From NCBI GenBank assembly GCA_029858305.1, contig JAOUFI010000073.1, positions 1-11,615 on the forward strand: a stretch of 11,615 nucleotides of DNA, written 5' to 3'. Positions 7,634 to 11,615 of this stretch are shown here, piece after piece. The position numbers were made by a program, and so were the translations under genes. How positions within the stretch are numbered: position 1 is the first letter of the stretch; each line of letters begins with the position of its first letter. Origin of the DNA: Candidatus Thorarchaeota archaeon. GTDB lineage: Archaea > Asgardarchaeota > Thorarchaeia > Thorarchaeales > Thorarchaeaceae. The notes beneath the pieces are model-generated. The model was not told where the DNA came from. It made no database searches and saw only the letters and a program-made list of their open reading frames with translations.

Positions 7634-8020
7634 TCACGATTCATTGATTCCCCGTTCTTTAGCAAGATACGTAAGGAATGCAATCAAGAATGAGATAATC
7701 GTTGAGTAGAGTGTTTCAATAGTCGGTGGAAATCCATAACCTGCGGCAGTTGACAATCCAGCTATTCCAGCGATTATTAAGGCATTAACAATTGCATTTT
7801 GTGCTTTTTTCGGCATCCCAGCTGCTGCGATAGTCATTGCAGGTTTCGATGGCAAGAACCATAGCACAACTATTCCGACCAGGAATATCACAAGGGCAAT
7901 GACAACTCCAATATAGAACTCTAATGCAATCCCAAACAAGTATGTAATGACAATGAAGCCTAGAGTAAGAAGAACAAACAGTATGCTTCCTAGTTGGTTT
8001 TTCATATTCTTTCCCTCCAT
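7634..8020 (-). CDS. cassette 1 cargo: 4-TM hypothetical membrane protein
   Basis: 128-aa hydrophobic ORF wholly inside repeat interval 1. Start may be the second Met. Confidence 0.8.
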   Translation of the reverse strand: MEGKNMKNQLGSILFVLLTLGFIVITYLFGIALEFYIGVVIALVIFLVGIVVLWFLPSKPAMTIAAAGMPKKAQNAIVNALIIAGIAGLSTAAGYGFPPTIETLYSTIISFLIAFLTYLAKERGINES

Positions 8021-8106
8021 GAATACGGTTTCAACATCTATTTGAAACCCAGAATACTATTAGACGATTCTGTATAAGAATAGTTTCAAAACAATAATCA
8101 CACGAC

Positions 8107-8131
8107 ATTCAAATCCCGTCTGGCCCGCCAT
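8107..8131 (+). repeat. tRNA-Lys 3'-end direct repeat, copy 2 (att-like)
   Basis: ATTCAAATCCCGTCTGGCCCGCCAT, 25/25 identical to 7504-7528. Confidence 0.95.
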
Positions 8132-8261
8132 CCTGCTTAAACAATCTTGTTTCAACAATCAGGACATTCTACCAATATTTACTAAAATGACTATATAATT
8201 GATAAGAAAATATTTATATTAAATCGATATCTAATATATAATAAGGAGGTTTTGGATTTCG

Positions 8262-9251
8262 ATGAAGGGACGAAAAAGAGCACAATATATATTCTTGGTA
8301 GTTATTCTTTTATCACCACTAGTTATAATGCCACTATCTGTTCCAGTCTTGTCAAATGTAGTAGTTGTCATGCATGACGATGCCGCAACGTCTGCAGCAG
8401 TCAAGACTATTACTGAGAGCACATCAAATGTAAAGGTCGTACAGTATAAATCTCTTGATTATATATTGACTATTCAAAGAGTATCTGGACAAGTAGCTTG
8501 GGTCTCACATGGCTCAGAAGATGGAATACTCGCGGAGAACAATCTAATCTCTTGGAGAGATTTCAGCCGCCAAATCAAATTGACACCGTGCCGAGATATT
8601 GTTCTTGCCTGCTATTCTAATTGCTTAGAGGATTATGTTTCTCCTGAATCTATAATAGGTGTTGATGGTTCAATAGATGCGGTTCTGGGTGGACTAATCG
8701 CATCATACATACTACAACCTCAAGACGCGATAATACATCAGGTTGAAAAACACGTTAACGATCTCTTATTCGGAAGAGCAGACATAGACCCACTTGGTCT
8801 GTCGCTTACTGAAATAACCTACTGGACTGCTATTTTCTTACTCTCTATCCTAGCGTATTATTCGGGGAATGTACTAGCTGTCACAAATCCGACTTGGATA
8901 CAAATGACGGTTCACTTCCTACAGCAAAATGTGATTACAAACTCACCAGCAATAGTATTGACTTTGACATATCTGGTTCTGGGACAAATCGATATTTGGG
9001 CTGCAGTCTGGCAAATTATTGGTTTTGTTATCTTTGATGTTCCAGCCGCACTCGGGCAGATGCTTTTTGATCCTCTGATAATGACGGATCCTTTATTCAT
9101 CGCCACAATTGGGCTATCAATAACAATGATTGCTATCAGTGTTTTTTGGGGCAAATTCACTTTTGACCTTGCTGCATTGATTATTGGTTCCATGTTCATA
9201 CTTGGTGGAGTTGTTATTGATTTCTATGACAATAATAATTGGGTTGGATAG
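8262..9251 (+). CDS. cassette 2 cargo: membrane protein with putative caspase/CHAT-like His-Cys domain and hydrophobic C-terminus
   Basis: N-terminal signal/TM, VAWVSHG (H83) and DIVLACYS (C117), several C-terminal TM helices. AT-rich upstream region and AGGAGGT SD at 8244-8250. Confidence 0.8.
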   Translation: MKGRKRAQYIFLVVILLSPLVIMPLSVPVLSNVVVVMHDDAATSAAVKTITESTSNVKVVQYKSLDYILTIQRVSGQVAWVSHGSEDGILAENNLISWRDFSRQIKLTPCRDIVLACYSNCLEDYVSPESIIGVDGSIDAVLGGLIASYILQPQDAIIHQVEKHVNDLLFGRADIDPLGLSLTEITYWTAIFLLSILAYYSGNVLAVTNPTWIQMTVHFLQQNVITNSPAIVLTLTYLVLGQIDIWAAVWQIIGFVIFDVPAALGQMLFDPLIMTDPLFIATIGLSITMIAISVFWGKFTFDLAALIIGSMFILGGVVIDFYDNNNWVG

Positions 9252-9343
9252 GAGAAATGAATTAGCAGAAGGATGTCAATATCTCAAGATGATAAAGCAA
9301 AACGCTGAAGTTAATCACGATTTCAAGAAGATTCTATAATAGG

Positions 9344-10066
9344 ATGAGAATTATAATGAACATAAAACGTCATTTTGAACCGGCAATCCATGTATTGAGT
9401 TCAACGCCAGAGAGCAAATCTTTCTTACTTTTCTCATTGGTGATATTTATTTTTCTAAGGCTTCTCCTTCTTTGGGGATATCATAATCTGTTCCACATGA
9501 CATACCTACTAGTCGCCTTTTCCTTCTTTCAAGTAACAATCCTATCCATTTTTGTTATGCAGAAAATCAAAGACGCCTTGACTCCGGAAGAGCATTTCGC
9601 TATGAGGAAATCTGCACTTCTGCTTGGATACATTTGGTTAATTCTATTGTATATCCCAGTAGTTGCAATATGGGTTGTAGACCTCTGGCAAATCCAAATC
9701 GGTGTAGCTTGGCCTATGAGTAACTACACTCCTGATGCAGTTTTACTACTGCTCGTTTTACTCGTGTGCATGCTTCATTTTCCACTAACACTCTACGCTC
9801 TCTATTGGCAGTGGGATTGTTTCACAACCAGAGAAGATGATATGAAACTGGTTTTGAACAAAGGTTTGTTCAAGACGCGAAGCACTACTACATTCTTCAC
9901 ATTAGCATTTGTTTTTGTTTTATTTTTTGGCTTAAAATCTGCAATGGAGAGAGAGTTTCTTTTACCACTGTGGCTGAATCCGTTAACATTGGCTTTATTC
10001 ATCCTTCTCTTGATGATTACATTCACCCTGGGGTTATGGTACAGATATCGAAGGAACCACACCTAA
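9344..10066 (+). CDS. cassette 2 cargo: ~6-TM hypothetical membrane protein
   Basis: 240-aa hydrophobic ORF co-oriented with, and 92 nt downstream of, the 329-aa gene. Confidence 0.8.
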   Translation: MRIIMNIKRHFEPAIHVLSSTPESKSFLLFSLVIFIFLRLLLLWGYHNLFHMTYLLVAFSFFQVTILSIFVMQKIKDALTPEEHFAMRKSALLLGYIWLILLYIPVVAIWVVDLWQIQIGVAWPMSNYTPDAVLLLLVLLVCMLHFPLTLYALYWQWDCFTTREDDMKLVLNKGLFKTRSTTTFFTLAFVFVLFFGLKSAMEREFLLPLWLNPLTLALFILLLMITFTLGLWYRYRRNHT

Positions 10067-10382
10067 AAGAGAGAAAAGACAAATCAACCGCTTCAACTAA
10101 GATGATTCGCTCTTAGGAGCGTTTGAACACTACATAACTGACAAGTGCAATCATGAACTGAAATACCATACAAAATATGAACGAGTATCTTTGAATCCCT
10201 TTTCTAACCTTTTAATCCCAAAAATTTTAGAGAATTGACTTCGTTTCACATTCGAGGTGGGCAATAAAGCTATAAGTCTACATCTCTTGCATTAATTTTT
10301 CATAGTGGCATTTGAAAGATCATCTGAAAATTTCTAAATTGCATGTTCATCCAAGCTCGTTGATTTCCAACTGGCTGCCTAA

Positions 10383-10402
10383 AAATCCCGTCTGGCCCGC
10401 CA
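10383..10402 (+). repeat. tRNA-Lys 3'-end direct repeat, copy 3
   Basis: AAATCCCGTCTGGCCCGCCA, 20/20 identical to 7508-7527. Confidence 0.95.
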
Positions 10403-10520
10403 CTCTTTTGCTCCTCAGAGAGAGCACCTAGACTATTATCAAAAACACCATCTCACTTTAATAGGCGTTTATCTCCACAGATTATACGAGTTATCACTCA
10501 GAAGGGGCATGGTGAAATCT

Positions 10521-10787
10521 ATGTCTGATATTATTGACACATATAGTGAAAATACGAGCACTGGCCCTGCTCCGACGCAAAAGCGATCTGGTGGAGGGAT
10601 CAGTGGATATCTTTCGGAAGTCATGTGTGGCATTGGGCTGATAATCATAGCTCTTTTCATTATGTCACTCACAGGTATAGGCGGTGTGCATCTGGACACC
10701 AGCAATCCTTTGATGGTTGTTTTGGTCTTCGGTGTCGCTATACTATTGATTATCGGCGGATGCTTGTTAAACCGCCGCAAATCCTAG
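10521..10787 (+). CDS. cassette 3 cargo: small 2-TM membrane protein
   Basis: Hydrophilic N-terminus, two TM helices and an RRKS tail. GGTGA SD at 10511-10515 favours ATG 10521; the ORF track start is 10509. Confidence 0.7.
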   Translation: MSDIIDTYSENTSTGPAPTQKRSGGGISGYLSEVMCGIGLIIIALFIMSLTGIGGVHLDTSNPLMVVLVFGVAILLIIGGCLLNRRKS

Positions 10788-10947
10788 TTTCTGCTCTCTA
10801 TCATATCTCTCAAGACAGCATCACGATTTCGCGCGACTCAAGTATGAGGACTGCAATACAAGTTCCAGTAAGACGGAAAACTGTCAATAAAAACCAAGAC
10901 AAACAGTTATAGTGTAAAATCTGAATGATCTTCTAGATAGAATCACA

Positions 10948-10973
10948 AGAATCTTCATGGTACTGAAGATTCT
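10948..10973. repeat. perfect 10-6-10 inverted repeat
   Basis: AGAATCTTCA-TGGTAC-TGAAGATTCT. Confidence 0.6.
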
Positions 10974-10996
10974 GTGCAAGACGAATTGGTTGTATG

Positions 10997-11020
10997 TTCA
11001 AATCCCGTCTGGCCCGCCAT
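10997..11020 (+). repeat. tRNA-Lys 3'-end direct repeat, copy 4
   Basis: TTCAAATCCCGTCTGGCCCGCCAT, 24/24 identical to 7505-7528. Confidence 0.95.
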
Positions 11021-11028
11021 GCATTTTA

Positions 11029-11502
11029 CTACTTTGCTTTCTTAATTAGATGAATTCCCGCAAGTAACAGAATAGGCGTCGGAATAAATAGTCGAACATC
11101 GACGACTGGTGCTGCGATTGAGAAAAGGACTCCAGGTGGAGTGCCAAAGATTGAGTTTACAGTCATCATTACAAAGCAAATAACAATCAAAATTCCTGCA
11201 AGTAGCAATCCAAGGATGCGAACAAGATTCAGGTCAGCATTATCTCTATTGAATCTAATTAGAGTGAAAACAAACAACAATCTTGGTATTAACACAAAGA
11301 TGTTTGGAAGGAGAATGATCAACCAGTCGTTGAGATACCAATCCGAATATGAAATCATCCATGTTGATCCAGTGATTCCAACAAAAAGATGATTTGAATC
11401 ATACCATTCTAGATATTGAAACCCTATGACTGCAGGAGAAACTAATGCTAATACCAATAATAGAAGGAGGTTCCTATTTCCTATAGAAGAATTGAGTTTC
11501 AC
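11029..11502 (-). CDS. cassette 4 cargo: 4-TM membrane protein, apparent paralog of 6514-6936
   Basis: 157-aa ORF with GTG start and motifs LALVSP, F.FTLIRF..ILGL and FIPTPILLLAG. Confidence 0.78.
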   Translation of the reverse strand: MKLNSSIGNRNLLLLLVLALVSPAVIGFQYLEWYDSNHLFVGITGSTWMISYSDWYLNDWLIILLPNIFVLIPRLLFVFTLIRFNRDNADLNLVRILGLLLAGILIVICFVMMTVNSIFGTPPGVLFSIAAPVVDVRLFIPTPILLLAGIHLIKKAK

Positions 11503-11602
11503 TTTCCCTAGCTCACATCACGCAAATAGCAAAAACCAGACTCTTTTGATTTATGCGTTTATTCATTACTAAAAATATGTACTAAATCCATCTACTTTGA
11601 TA

Positions 11603-11615
11603 AAATCCCGTCTGG
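11603..11615 (+). repeat. tRNA-Lys 3'-end direct repeat, copy 5 (truncated by window end)
   Basis: AAATCCCGTCTGG, 13/13 identical to 7508-7520 up to the last base of the window. Confidence 0.85.

Larger units (their letters stand above)
7505..11615 (+). mobile_element. array of small cassettes integrated in tandem at the tRNA-Lys 3' end
   Basis: Five direct copies of the tRNA 3' end delimit four units of 603, 2272, 617 and 603 bp, each with unrelated cargo genes. Confidence 0.8.

Noticed and set aside
8231-11392. ORFs 8231-8422, 8912-9199, 9802-10062, 10469-10780, 10625-10912 and 11141-11392
   Set aside because: Shadows of the membrane-protein cargo genes, mostly with the K/N/I-rich composition typical of antisense to TM-coding DNA.
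7508-11615. CRISPR array interpretation of the direct repeats
   Set aside because: The intervals are 0.6-2.3 kb and contain whole genes, the repeat is the tRNA 3' end, and no cas genes are present.
8107-11615. Repeat copies as split-tRNA 3' halves or extra tRNA genes
   Set aside because: The copies lack the 5' T-stem and any upstream leader clearly complementary to the tRNA 5' part that could form a BHB.

Overview
Archaeal chromosomal window. Gene content and the abundance of small orphan membrane proteins suggest an Asgard, possibly Thorarchaeia-like, host; this is inference only. The left ~6.4 kb is mostly housekeeping on the minus strand: glyA, a MazG-like pyrophosphatase, 4-hydroxybutyryl-CoA dehydratase, a membrane protein, a frameshifted HTH remnant, Sec61beta, and the rpl44e-rps27e-aIF2alpha-nop10 operon. 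At 7390-7527 lies a tRNA-Lys(CTT) gene with two introns (canonical 37/38 and non-canonical ~53/54). Downstream, its 3' end (core AAATCCCGTCTGGCCCGCCA) recurs four more times as direct repeats at spacings of 603, 2272, 617 and 603 bp. Each interval holds only one or two unrelated membrane-protein genes in mixed orientation, with no integrase. This looks like a tRNA-anchored, integron-like array of tiny gene cassettes that runs off the window end. One cassette encodes a membrane protein with a caspase-fold-like His/Cys dyad plus a partner membrane protein. Another encodes an apparent paralog of a gene upstream of the tRNA.
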